Origin: an uncultured Nitrospira sp.
GTDB lineage: Bacteria > Nitrospirota > Nitrospiria > Nitrospirales > Nitrospiraceae
Reading direction: 5' to 3'
DNA length: 64,000 nt
Assembly: GCA_964635345.1 (NCBI GenBank)
Contig: CAZWOX010000011.1
Location: 13,213 to 77,212 of the forward strand
The notes below the pieces were generated by a model. The model searched no databases. It was not told the origin of the DNA and was given only the letters and a program-made list of their open reading frames with translations. Position 1 is the first letter of the stretch. Every line of letters begins with the position of its first letter. The position numbers and the translations under genes were made by a program. Positions 19,039 through 27,785 of this stretch are shown here, one piece after another.

Positions 19039-21588
19039 TTATAATTCGATATGCCGCAGCCGAAGCGCGTTCGAAATCACCGACACCGAACTGAACGTCA
19101 TCGCGGCGCCGGCAATCATGGGACTCAACAACAGTCCGGTGAAGGGATACAGCGCGCCCGCGGCGATCGGCACACCCAGCAGATTGTAGGCAAAGGCAAA
19201 GAAGAGGTTTTGCCGAATGTTCCGCATGGTGGCGACGCTTAACTGTCGCGCCCGAACGAGCGCCTGCAGATCGCCCTTCAGCAAAGTCATCCCGGCATTT
19301 TCCACCGCAATATCGGCCCCCGTGCCCATCGCAATTCCGACATCGGCCAGCGCCAAGGCCGGCGCGTCGTTCACTCCGTCTCCCGCCATCGCCACGATCC
19401 GACCGCCGGTTTTGAGATCACGGACGATGTGCCCTTTCTGTTCCGGCAACACCCCGGCCCTCACCTCATCGATCCCGAGTTGTTTCGCCACTGTCTGCGC
19501 GGTTCGCTCATGGTCCCCGGTCACCATGACCAAACGAAGTCCATCGGCTTTCAATCGCCGAACGGCATCCGCCGATGAGGCCTTAATCGGGTCGGCCACC
19601 CCTAACAAGCCCGCCGGCTTCCCGTTCACCGCCACAAATATGACCGTCTGCCCCCGTTCACGAAACGCAGACGCCTCTTCTTCCAGCGCCTCTAGAGTCC
19701 GCCCGGCCACACCGCCGCGGTCGCTCAAGAACGCCGCGGTCCCGATCGCCACCGACCGGTCGTCGATGGTGCCGGTCACACCCTTTCCAGTGACGGCCAG
19801 AAACTGCTTCACCGGAGCCAACGCGATGCCGCGCGACCTCGCACCGGAGACAATGGCCTCGGCCAGCGGATGTTCACTGCCCTGTTCGAGGCTGGCGGCA
19901 CATCGCAACACATCCTGATCGCTATAGGGCGGCATGAACCGGATAGAAACCAGCACAGGTTTTCCCTCCGTGAGGGTACCGGTCTTGTCGAACACAATCG
20001 TATCCACTTTCCCGAGTACTTCCAGTGCTTCCGCTTTCTTTACCAACACACCGGCCGTTGCGCCGCGACCAGTCCCCACCATAATCGACATCGGTGTCGC
20101 CAGGCCCAGCGCGCAGGGACACGCGATGATGAGCACCGCCACGGCATTCACCAGCGCGTAGGCCAGCTTCGGCTCCGGTCCCCACACAATCCAGGCGCCG
20201 GCGGTCAGCACCGCCGCGGCCACCACCAACGGCACAAAATAGCCGGCCACGGCATCAGCCACCCGTTGAATCGGCGCCCGGCTCCGTTGCGCGTCGCTGA
20301 CCATCTGCACGATACGTGCAAGCAACGTGTCCCGGCCGACCTTCCGTGCCTGCATCAGCAGGCTGCCTGTGCCGTTCATCGTGCCACCGGTTACCGTTGC
20401 GCCGATTGTTTTTTCAACCGGCATCGATTCACCCGTCAACATCGATTCATCGACGGCAGAGCCTCCGTCGATGACGATGCCATCGACCGGGATACGCTCA
20501 CCCGGCCGCACACGCAGCCGGTTGCCGACCTGCACCTGATCGAGGGGCACATCGATCTCCCGGCCGTCCCGTACAACCCGCGCCGTCGTCGGGGCCAGTC
20601 GCAAGAGCCCCTTGATGGCGGAGGATGTCTGGCTCCGCGCACGAAGTTCCAGGATCTGACCGAGTAGGACCAGCACCGTAATCATCGCGGCCGCTTCAAA
20701 ATACACTGCCACGCCGCCGCCATGCTGATGAAAGGAGGCCGGCAGCCACTCGGGAATGACCGTCCCGACAGTGCTGAATCCATAGGCGGCGCCGGTGCCG
20801 ATGGCAATCAAGGTGAACATATTGGGGGCTCGATTCAGAATCGAAGCCCAGCCCCGTTGGAAAAACGGAAACCCGCCCCACAGCACCACCGGCGTCGCCA
20901 GCAGCCACTGCGCCCAATTCAGCCCTGCGCCGCCCAGCCACCGATGCAACGGCTGACCGGGAAGCATGTCCGACATCGCCAGGATCATCACCGCGACAGC
21001 AGGCCCGAGGCTCCACCGGAACCGCCGGCTCATGTCGTCGAGTTCCGGATTGGGCCCTTCTTCCATCGTCACGATCTTGGGCTCCAGCGCCATCCCACAG
21101 ATGCGGCAGGCGCCTGGCTTGGTCTCGAGCACCTCAGGATCCATCGGACAGATGTACTCGACCGCGCTCCCTTTCGGGACCGGAATCTCCCGCGAAGGAC
21201 GCTGGTCGGGAGGCAGCAGGTAATACGCCGGCTCGTGCTTGAACTTGGTCAGGCAACTGGTGGCGCAGAAGTAGTAGGTCTTTCCGCCATGCGCATAGGA
21301 TCCGGCCGCCGTGGCCGGTTGCACCGTCATGCCGCACACCGGATCGCGCTCGCCGCCGGCGGCGGCAGGCGCCGCCGGCATCATCATCGGTAGCGGTTTT
21401 CGTGCAGTGAGAGAACTGGGAAGCGTGATGAGAGGGGCTTGAGCCTTCTTCAGGGCCTTCTCAGGATCGGCCCGAAACCGATCGAGGCAGGAGGTCGCGC
21501 AAAAGTAGTAGGTCTCGCCTCTGTACTCAAACCGGCCCGCCGCAGTCGCGGGATCGACGGTCATGCCGCAGATCGGGTCGATCGCCAT
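19039..21588 (-). CDS. copA: Cu(I)/Ag-translocating P1B-type ATPase with two YHS domains
   Basis: DPICGM/DPVCGM YHS domains, [38 protein letters not shown], MxxSS. Confidence 0.93.
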   Translation of the reverse strand: MAIDPICGMTVDPATAAGRFEYRGETYYFCATSCLDRFRADPEKALKKAQAPLITLPSSLTARKPLPMMMPAAPAAAGGERDPVCGMTVQPATAAGSYAHGGKTYYFCATSCLTKFKHEPAYYLLPPDQRPSREIPVPKGSAVEYICPMDPEVLETKPGACRICGMALEPKIVTMEEGPNPELDDMSRRFRWSLGPAVAVMILAMSDMLPGQPLHRWLGGAGLNWAQWLLATPVVLWGGFPFFQRGWASILNRAPNMFTLIAIGTGAAYGFSTVGTVIPEWLPASFHQHGGGVAVYFEAAAMITVLVLLGQILELRARSQTSSAIKGLLRLAPTTARVVRDGREIDVPLDQVQVGNRLRVRPGERIPVDGIVIDGGSAVDESMLTGESMPVEKTIGATVTGGTMNGTGSLLMQARKVGRDTLLARIVQMVSDAQRSRAPIQRVADAVAGYFVPLVVAAAVLTAGAWIVWGPEPKLAYALVNAVAVLIIACPCALGLATPMSIMVGTGRGATAGVLVKKAEALEVLGKVDTIVFDKTGTLTEGKPVLVSIRFMPPYSDQDVLRCAASLEQGSEHPLAEAIVSGARSRGIALAPVKQFLAVTGKGVTGTIDDRSVAIGTAAFLSDRGGVAGRTLEALEEEASAFRERGQTVIFVAVNGKPAGLLGVADPIKASSADAVRRLKADGLRLVMVTGDHERTAQTVAKQLGIDEVRAGVLPEQKGHIVRDLKTGGRIVAMAGDGVNDAPALALADVGIAMGTGADIAVENAGMTLLKGDLQALVRARQLSVATMRNIRQNLFFAFAYNLLGVPIAAGALYPFTGLLLSPMIAGAAMTFSSVSVISNALRLRHIEL

Positions 21589-21598
21589 CTCAGAACCC

Positions 21599-21727
21599 CG
21601 TGATGGGTGCTTATTTGCGCGACGGGCAAGACAGGCGGGACACGCGAGACTCAGGAAGTGGGCAAGTCGCGCACTTCTCGCACATCCCGCTTTTCCCGCT
21701 CATCACATATCACCCATCACTGATCAC
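21599..21727. repeat. Composite intergenic hairpin: 7-bp repeats outside, 9-bp repeats inside
   Basis: gtgatgggtg..gcgcgacgg gcaagacag gcgggacac gcgagac ... gtcgcgcac ttctcgcac atcccgctt ttcccgct catcacatatcacccatcactgatcac. Confidence 0.7.
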
Positions 21728-22377
21728 TTCTTCGCGTCAGCTTCCAAGATGCTTCGGATGATCGTGACGGCATTCTCAGGAGTCATGTTCGCGCCGTCGA
21801 CTTTGATGTTGCCGTCCAGCAAGAGAGACGGAGTGGACGACACCTTGATCCGCTCCCCCCAGCGACGACCGTCTTCAAATGTCCTAGCCGGTTTTCCACT
21901 TTCCAAACCGGCTTCGAACGCCGCGACATCCAAACCGACTTCTTTAATCAGCAGCGAGCGGATCGAACGGTCCAGCACCCCGTCGATTTTGTCTTTGTGG
22001 ATGGTGCGGAACAACACCGCGCGCATTTCGTTTCCCTTGCCCATGGCCTTCGCCTGCTCATACATATCGAAGGCGGTCGGCAGCTTTCCGCGAATAACGG
22101 GGAACCCGACCATCGTCACCTCCAGCTTGTTGCCGAATTCTTTCACCAGCAGCGGCAGCCCCGTCTCCTCGAAATGGTGGCAATGCGGACAATAGAAATC
22201 GGCGAACTCGACCACCTTGACCTTGCCCGATTGATGGGTCGACGGTTCGTCTTTAAGCAGTTCGAACTTACCCTTCAGCTCAGGCTTTGCCGCCTGCACC
22301 TCGAACGGCAGGCTCGATACGAGCATGACCCCCACCACGACAACGATACTCCATACGAACGTCCTGCAACGATTCAT
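21724..22377 (-). CDS. DsbA-family thiol:disulfide oxidoreductase
   Basis: Signal peptide, VEFADFYCPHC, STPS cis-Pro loop; RBS aaggag before ATG 22377. Confidence 0.88.
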   Translation of the reverse strand: MNRCRTFVWSIVVVVGVMLVSSLPFEVQAAKPELKGKFELLKDEPSTHQSGKVKVVEFADFYCPHCHHFEETGLPLLVKEFGNKLEVTMVGFPVIRGKLPTAFDMYEQAKAMGKGNEMRAVLFRTIHKDKIDGVLDRSIRSLLIKEVGLDVAAFEAGLESGKPARTFEDGRRWGERIKVSSTPSLLLDGNIKVDGANMTPENAVTIIRSILEADAKK

Positions 22378-22453
22378 CGCACACTCCTTTCCCCTGATGA
22401 TGGCCCCGTATCCATTATATAGGATGCGGAGGTTTCTCTGATACAATGTCGTT

Positions 22454-22996
22454 ATGAACTTCCGCGACACCGTCCTAACCGGCTGTCTCCTCCTCACCGC
22501 CTGGGGCTGCGCTTCGACAGAAGAGCTCTCCGAAAGCAGCCAATCGGGCGCGCCGCCGCTCACGTTCGCCCAGGTGAAAGCGGCTCCTGAATCGTATAAG
22601 GGACAGCCTGTCACATTCGGAGGTGAAGTGTTAGGGGCGAGACGGTTGAAGGAAGGGACGCGAATCGAGATCCTCCAGCTGCCCCTGACGTCGTCGCTCC
22701 AACCGACGATGGAACTGAGCAAGTCGCAGGGTCGGTTTGTCGCGCTCCAACGGGAATTCCTCGACCCGGCCACCATTCCAGCGGGAACGTTTGTCACGGT
22801 CACTGGAGAAGTGGCCGGTTCAATCACCCTGCCCTTGGACGAGACGGAATATGCTTACCCGATCGTCGAACTCAAGACCATGAAAGTCTGGGTGAGAGTG
22901 GAAGATCAACCTATCCGCATCCGACCATACATGGGACCGGGCCCTTACTGGGGGCCCTATTGGTCTCCCTACTGGAGGCCCTGGCCGTATTGGTGA
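22454..22996 (+). CDS. Slp-family outer-membrane lipoprotein
   Basis: Lipobox AWGC; VTFGGEV, IEILQLPL, GRFVA, FLDPA, VTVTGEV, YAYP; aromatic Pro-rich tail. Confidence 0.88.
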   Translation: MNFRDTVLTGCLLLTAWGCASTEELSESSQSGAPPLTFAQVKAAPESYKGQPVTFGGEVLGARRLKEGTRIEILQLPLTSSLQPTMELSKSQGRFVALQREFLDPATIPAGTFVTVTGEVAGSITLPLDETEYAYPIVELKTMKVWVRVEDQPIRIRPYMGPGPYWGPYWSPYWRPWPYW

Positions 22997-23105
22997 GCGA
23001 GACGAGCGGGACTCGCGCGAAAGGCGAGCCAAGTCCGAGCAGCCGCAACCCCTTGACACAGCGACACTTCGCGCGAGTCGCGCATGTCCCGCCCCCCTCG
23101 CGCCG
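22995..23105. repeat. Inverted 9-bp-period repeat hairpin between convergent genes
   Basis: gagcgagac gagcgggac tcgcgcgaa ... ttcgcgcga gtcgcgcat gtcccgccc cctcgcg. Confidence 0.65.
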
Positions 23106-24239
23106 CTACCGGAACGTCGATCCGACGATCCGCTCCACCCGGTCGTCCCTCCCGCCGAGTTCCCGATACTTGCGATACTGAGCCAGCGCTTTCGGCATGT
23201 CTTTCCGGTGCAATTCATAGAAGACCCCGAGATTGTAGTGCGCTTCGGCATACTCCGGCTTCAGCGCCACCGCCGAGGCATACTCGCGTTCCGCCTCATC
23301 CAGCTGCCCCATGCTCGTGTAGACCACGCCTAAATTCAAATGGGCTTCCGCATAGCCCGGTTGATACCGAAGCACTTCCAGAAATTCCCGCTCAGCTTCG
23401 GCGGATTTGCCCTGACTGCGATAGATAAAGCCCAAATTGTAGTGCGCATCGACCAAATCCGGTTTTGCCGCGACCGCCTGTTTGTAGGCATAGGCGGCTT
23501 CTACCAGATCACTGCGTTTTTCCGCCATCCGCCCGGTCAAATACCAGGCATCGGCATGTTTGGGATGGGCCTTCGTCAGCCGGGTCAGTGTCTCCGCCGC
23601 AGCCTTCATCTCGCCGGCATGATCCTGAAGTGTCGCCAGAGAGAACAAGGCCTCCGCATGGGTCGGCTGAACAGCCAGGAGTCCTTGATACGTCTTGATC
23701 GCCGCCGGCACATCCCGCTGCGACTCATAGAGCTTGGCCAAATCCAGATACGACTCCGCATGCTTGGGATCGGCTTCAATCGCCTTTGTCAGCGCCTGCT
23801 GCGCCTCCGCCGACTTGCCCTGCGCGGCGTACACTTCGGCAAGGTCATTGAGCGCCTCGGCGAACGCCGGCTTCGCTTTGAGCGCGCGCACAAACTCCTC
23901 CGCCGCTTCAGCCGGCTTCCGGCCTTTCAATAAGACAAGTCCGTGGAGATGGAGGGCCTGGGGGGACGCGGGATTGAGATGCAGCGCTTTCTGCACCGCC
24001 TCGTCCGCCGCTTTGAGGTCGCCGCGCGCCAGCGCCGCGCGCGTCAGGTCCAGCTCATGCTGGAGCACATCCTGAGGAGCACCGGCATGGACGGAATGGA
24101 AGGTGGCGAGAAGGAGGAGCGCGGAACAGAACCCAAGGACGGTCGCAACCTGAATCCGGCGGCCTGAAATCAAGGCGGACCCTCCTTCCACAGAAACCGG
24201 TGTGGTCGGACTATAAACGGGCCGAAGGAGGGAAATCAA
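23106..24239 (-). CDS. TPR-repeat protein (exported or membrane-anchored)
   Basis: Multiple canonical TPRs (P.YAEAHYNLG); true start uncertain. Confidence 0.88.
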   Translation of the reverse strand: MISLLRPVYSPTTPVSVEGGSALISGRRIQVATVLGFCSALLLLATFHSVHAGAPQDVLQHELDLTRAALARGDLKAADEAVQKALHLNPASPQALHLHGLVLLKGRKPAEAAEEFVRALKAKPAFAEALNDLAEVYAAQGKSAEAQQALTKAIEADPKHAESYLDLAKLYESQRDVPAAIKTYQGLLAVQPTHAEALFSLATLQDHAGEMKAAAETLTRLTKAHPKHADAWYLTGRMAEKRSDLVEAAYAYKQAVAAKPDLVDAHYNLGFIYRSQGKSAEAEREFLEVLRYQPGYAEAHLNLGVVYTSMGQLDEAEREYASAVALKPEYAEAHYNLGVFYELHRKDMPKALAQYRKYRELGGRDDRVERIVGSTFR

Positions 24240-24312
24240 CGTGCGGACAGCACAGTGCCCAATGGCTGGAGAGCGGCGCCGTTTCGGCGCCGCTTCCGCC
24301 TCGAACTTCCCG

Positions 24313-24795
24313 CTACTTGATCAACATCAGTTTGCCTCCGGCATCTTTGGGATTGAGCTGATCCCGGTACACAAAAACAGTGCCAGCCGCGTACAGAAGG
24401 TCGCTGGTTGGAATCCCGATATATTTCGTCTCTCCCGGCTTGAGCACAATCTTCACATTCAACACGGTCGGCGCCGATTGATTCTCCGCTGCCGTCATGT
24501 GAAACCCGCGTTCAGCGGCGGACTTGTTCGTCACTCGCACCAGCACCGGCGTGCCCGGACGGGTCTTCATATCCAGCACCGACGTCGGCGGATAGAGAAT
24601 CTTCAGCGCCCCGACCTCGGTCGCGTAGATATCCAGATCGACCGGCAACTCTTTGAACGCCTGGCCGACCACCGACCCGGTCTCCAGATCGCCGACTTCC
24701 ACGCCACCGGACTGCAACGCCCAGGCCCCGGAAACCGTCATCAACACCGCGGCGCAGCCGACAAGACCAAGACCTAACTTCCGTACCATACGCAA
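24313..24795 (-). CDS. Exported cupredoxin-fold protein resembling nitrosocyanin, with substituted Cu ligands
   Basis: Signal peptide; VTNKSAAERGF, VLKPGETKYI and DQLNPKD align by eye with nitrosocyanin VENKSPISEGF, VIKAGETKTI and CQLHPKNIH. Confidence 0.62.
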   Translation of the reverse strand: MRMVRKLGLGLVGCAAVLMTVSGAWALQSGGVEVGDLETGSVVGQAFKELPVDLDIYATEVGALKILYPPTSVLDMKTRPGTPVLVRVTNKSAAERGFHMTAAENQSAPTVLNVKIVLKPGETKYIGIPTSDLLYAAGTVFVYRDQLNPKDAGGKLMLIK

Positions 24796-25006
24796 CCTCC
24801 TCCTGAGTTAAAAACGATTAGGACGCATGAGGCTCTTCGGACGCGAGACGACGCGGCACTCTATCCGTCCCCTTCGGAGGCTGTCTACCAATACGTGCCG
24901 ATCCATGCGCATGGTTGCAACAGAAGATGGAACATCTCAAAGCGGGGACCGATTGAATCCGTGCTGGGAGAGCCAGAGGAAAGGTGCCTGAAAACAGGAG
25001 TCGTTG

Positions 25007-25042
25007 AATAAACAGGCACGGCCCACGAGTAAAGGCCGTGCC
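25007..25042 (-). terminator. Intrinsic terminator after the SmbP-like gene
   Basis: Minus strand ggcacggcc-N10-ggccgtgcc then tgtttattc. Confidence 0.6.
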
Positions 25043-25092
25043 CGAGAGACAAACAAAGAATGAGACGAGGATACGCGCACGCTCTGTCTCGA

Positions 25093-25392
25093 CTACTTGC
25101 CCTTCTTCCCCTTCGCCGGCTTCTCCGCCTGCTCGGCGTGCGCCAAGGCCTCTTCCGCATGCTTCACGGCTTCCTTCGCATGCTCCAACGCCTCCTTGGC
25201 ATGCGCATCCGTACTGCTCTTCACCGCTTCTTCCAAATGCGTAATCGCTTCCTTCTCGTGCGTGACAGCCTCCTTGGCATGCGCAATTGTCTCCTTCACA
25301 TGCGCATTCCCGGCGAGCGCCGTCCCCACCGGTCCAGCCACCATCAATGCACCGCAAGTCACAACCGCCAACAACACGCGAGCTTTCAACAT
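25093..25392 (-). CDS. Small periplasmic metal-binding protein, SmbP-like (His heptad helical bundle)
   Basis: Signal peptide; His about every 7 residues (HVKETIA HAKEAVT HEKEAIT H...HAKEALE HAKEAVK HAEEALA H); RBS aaggagg. Confidence 0.8.
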   Translation of the reverse strand: MLKARVLLAVVTCGALMVAGPVGTALAGNAHVKETIAHAKEAVTHEKEAITHLEEAVKSSTDAHAKEALEHAKEAVKHAEEALAHAEQAEKPAKGKKGK

Positions 25393-25508
25393 AACAAATC
25401 CTCCTTTGAAGTGAATGTCAGAATCGACCGGAAGGGATTCTATCGCGGCCATCAGGAATTGGGAAGCGCATGGGCATGCGCCCCCTCTATACGGGACTCT
25501 CTGCGTGG

Positions 25509-26114
25509 TCAGCGCAGTCCAACCCCTGTGAGTCCCGCCCGTTCGATGGTGGCTCGGGCTGCGCGCGCCCCCCTGGTAGATTGCAGCGCCATCACACGTC
25601 CGGTTCCGGAGACCGTCGCGCCGCTCGCCGGAAGCCGGCCACCGGCGCGATACGTCGCATAGGACCAGGCCCCCTGTTCATCGTGCGCGTTGCAGCAGAC
25701 TTGCAGACTCGCAAATTTCTCCAGGACAAAGATCGACTCCAGCCCACAAGGAGCGCCTGGGCCCGTAGCGAGCGATCCCTCAACTCCATGCGCACCATAG
25801 GTCTCCACGACCAGCACCGTGCCGACCGGAAACGCTTCATCGTCGGCGGTAGCCGCTCCTTTGGCGCAGACATAGAATCGCCGGAAGGCGCCGGGCTCCG
25901 AGGGATCCGCGCAGGAATCGAGCATCGGCCAGGCGCGATATCCCTTGGGCAACCCCTTGCCTATGCCGTCGGACCGGCGGGGCCGGCGGCGCGTCATCGT
26001 CAAGGACACGGCCAGAAGCCGTACAACCACGACATGCAACCAGGCATCAGAGCGCAACGTCTCCGCCGTGGACAACCGGGAAATGGACGAGACCGCAGAC
26101 TTCATGACCGCCAT
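25509..26114 (-). CDS. Cytochrome P460/c'-beta-like protein lacking CxxCH (degenerate or pseudogene)
   Basis: LPKGYRAW, FRRFYV, FPVGTVLVVE, IFVLEK, GAWSYATY follow the P460-fold motif order; no heme motif in frame. Confidence 0.5.
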   Translation of the reverse strand: MAVMKSAVSSISRLSTAETLRSDAWLHVVVVRLLAVSLTMTRRRPRRSDGIGKGLPKGYRAWPMLDSCADPSEPGAFRRFYVCAKGAATADDEAFPVGTVLVVETYGAHGVEGSLATGPGAPCGLESIFVLEKFASLQVCCNAHDEQGAWSYATYRAGGRLPASGATVSGTGRVMALQSTRGARAARATIERAGLTGVGLR

Positions 26115-26329
26115 ACATCACCTCGCTGTACCCCGAAGGGCCGGGGACTTGGGAGAAACTCACCTGCGAGTGCCCGTGCAGACGAAGAGCGCACTACCTC
26201 TTTTGAGCATTGCACCCTTGCTCAAGAATCTAGCCTCAATCATCACACCTGTTTCCCCGAAGGGCCGGAGACTCGGAGGGAGGCCACCTCCGACTCCCCG
26301 GGCAGGTCTGGAAGAAGGGTGCACAACTA

Positions 26330-26596
26330 TCAGACCCGTTTCCGATTCATCCTCGCCTCTTGCTCGCCCGGAGACTCGATCGCGTGCGAACCGCCTTGCC
26401 TGTCCGGTTCCTGACTCACCGGATCGATACGCTGGCCCTCGATGAGTCCGTTCAACGACGCGCGAAAGATTCGCAGGCTCCCACGACCGATCTTCGTCGC
26501 ACGCAAACGGCCCTCCTCGATCCACCGATAGATCGTCCATTTGCTGACCTTCAACAGCCTGGCAGCGTCATGCACTCGCAAGAGTGGCCCGTCCAT
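26330..26596 (-). CDS. Excisionase/HTH_17 (BldC-like) DNA-binding protein, copy 2
   Basis: LLRVHDAARLLKVSKWTIYRWIEEGRLRATKIGRGSLRIF. Confidence 0.85.
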   Translation of the reverse strand: MDGPLLRVHDAARLLKVSKWTIYRWIEEGRLRATKIGRGSLRIFRASLNGLIEGQRIDPVSQEPDRQGGSHAIESPGEQEARMNRKRV

Positions 26597-26609
26597 AGTC
26601 CCGCCTCTC

Positions 26610-26978
26610 CTACGAACGCCCTTGCGAGGCCCCGCCACGATCCACCCAAGCTTTGCAGCCGATCCCTGAGGCCAGCGCCTGTTCGACCGACGCCGCTAAT
26701 TGTCCCGGAGAAGCTCCGTCGGTCTGATAGCGCACCAACACGGTGCCGCGATCGTTCAAGAACTCGACCGATTGCACCGTCGGAAAGCCCCGCAGCGCCC
26801 CTTCGACTTCATCGCGATGGTATTCACAGAATCGCCCGCCGATCTGGACGATGACCTGACTGGCAGCGGCATCTTTCTGCTCCGGCACTGTCGCCGCCTG
26901 CGATCCGTCGCCCGCCTGAACCGGCGCAGACACACTAAGACACATCGCGAGTCCGACGCCCACTTGACTGAGTCTCAT
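26610..26978 (-). CDS. Exported HMA-like metal chaperone with CxxH variant motif
   Basis: Signal peptide; VQIGGRFCEYHRDEVEGALRGFPTVQSVEF..GTVLVRY fits the HMA ferredoxin-like pattern; RBS aggag. Confidence 0.65.
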   Translation of the reverse strand: MRLSQVGVGLAMCLSVSAPVQAGDGSQAATVPEQKDAAASQVIVQIGGRFCEYHRDEVEGALRGFPTVQSVEFLNDRGTVLVRYQTDGASPGQLAASVEQALASGIGCKAWVDRGGASQGRS

Positions 26979-27262
26979 AGATCTCTCTCCTAATTGATGA
27001 AGGCTGTGCACTCGTCACTCATCACATTTCCGTCAGCATCCTGACTAAAGGCCGGAGCGGAGACTCAGTGGAGAGAGTCTGCGCCCCAGTGGGTCCGGGC
27101 AAGGGGGCCGCCACACCCGGACCACACAGATGTTTCGAGACACACCGGGGCAACCCGGATCGCTCAGGTGGAAGGCGTTCTAACCAGCAGGCAGCACTCC
27201 TTCAGCGGAGTCCCAGCCCAACGATCATGAGGTCAAGATGAAACGAACGCGTCCCGCCTGAA

Positions 27263-27604
27263 TTATCCGAGCGGGAGCAATGGAGGAGCACGGGCGCGGA
27301 GGAGTGATACAGAAGAGACGGAGACCGGTTGAACGGGAGAAACAACCGGGGCAAACACAACCAACTCGAACACGTCGATGGGAGCCGACGCCACCAGCCC
27401 GCTCTCAGAGGTAGCCTGGCAGGCCCAGGCGCAGAGAGAGGAATGCGCGGCTTCGTGGCTGTGATGTTGCTCATGTCCGCCGGCATGGGTGGACACCGGT
27501 AGGGCCAGCGAGCAGGTGGCGGCCAGACAGACCAATCCGAAGTACACCACCGCCGTGATTCTGGCGACGAGACTCCCCACTGTTCTGATGGATCGACCGC
27601 TCAT
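27263..27604 (-). CDS. Leader peptide L5 (CruR/DUF2946-like; His-rich, CAWAC, RAPP)
   Basis: TM segment, HAGGHEQHHSHEAAHSSLCAWAC, 42-aa spacer, RAPP. Confidence 0.8.
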   Translation of the reverse strand: MSGRSIRTVGSLVARITAVVYFGLVCLAATCSLALPVSTHAGGHEQHHSHEAAHSSLCAWACQATSESGLVASAPIDVFELVVFAPVVSPVQPVSVSSVSLLRARAPPLLPLG

Positions 27605-27691
27605 ACCCTTCTACCCTTTCGCCCTATTCATGTACGCCGATCTCTTATGACTGTCTACCGACGGCTGCTCACTTGTGCTACAGAATCCTGC

Positions 27692-27707
27692 GTTGATTCC
27701 TATCAAC
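27692..27707. promoter_or_regulatory. Perfect FNR/CRP-family box
   Basis: G-TTGAT-tcct-ATCAA-C about 90 bp upstream of L5. Confidence 0.6.
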
Positions 27708-27745
27708 ATTATGTCCGCAGTGCTTCCCCTATGAACATTCACCGG

Positions 27746-27771
27746 ACGGAGCCGCCGTTTGGCGGCCCCGT
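27746..27771 (-). terminator. GC hairpin after the TonB-dependent receptor gene
   Basis: acggagccgcc-gttt-ggcggccccgt; weak U-tract. Confidence 0.5.
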
Positions 27772-27785
27772 TGATGACGTACTCC

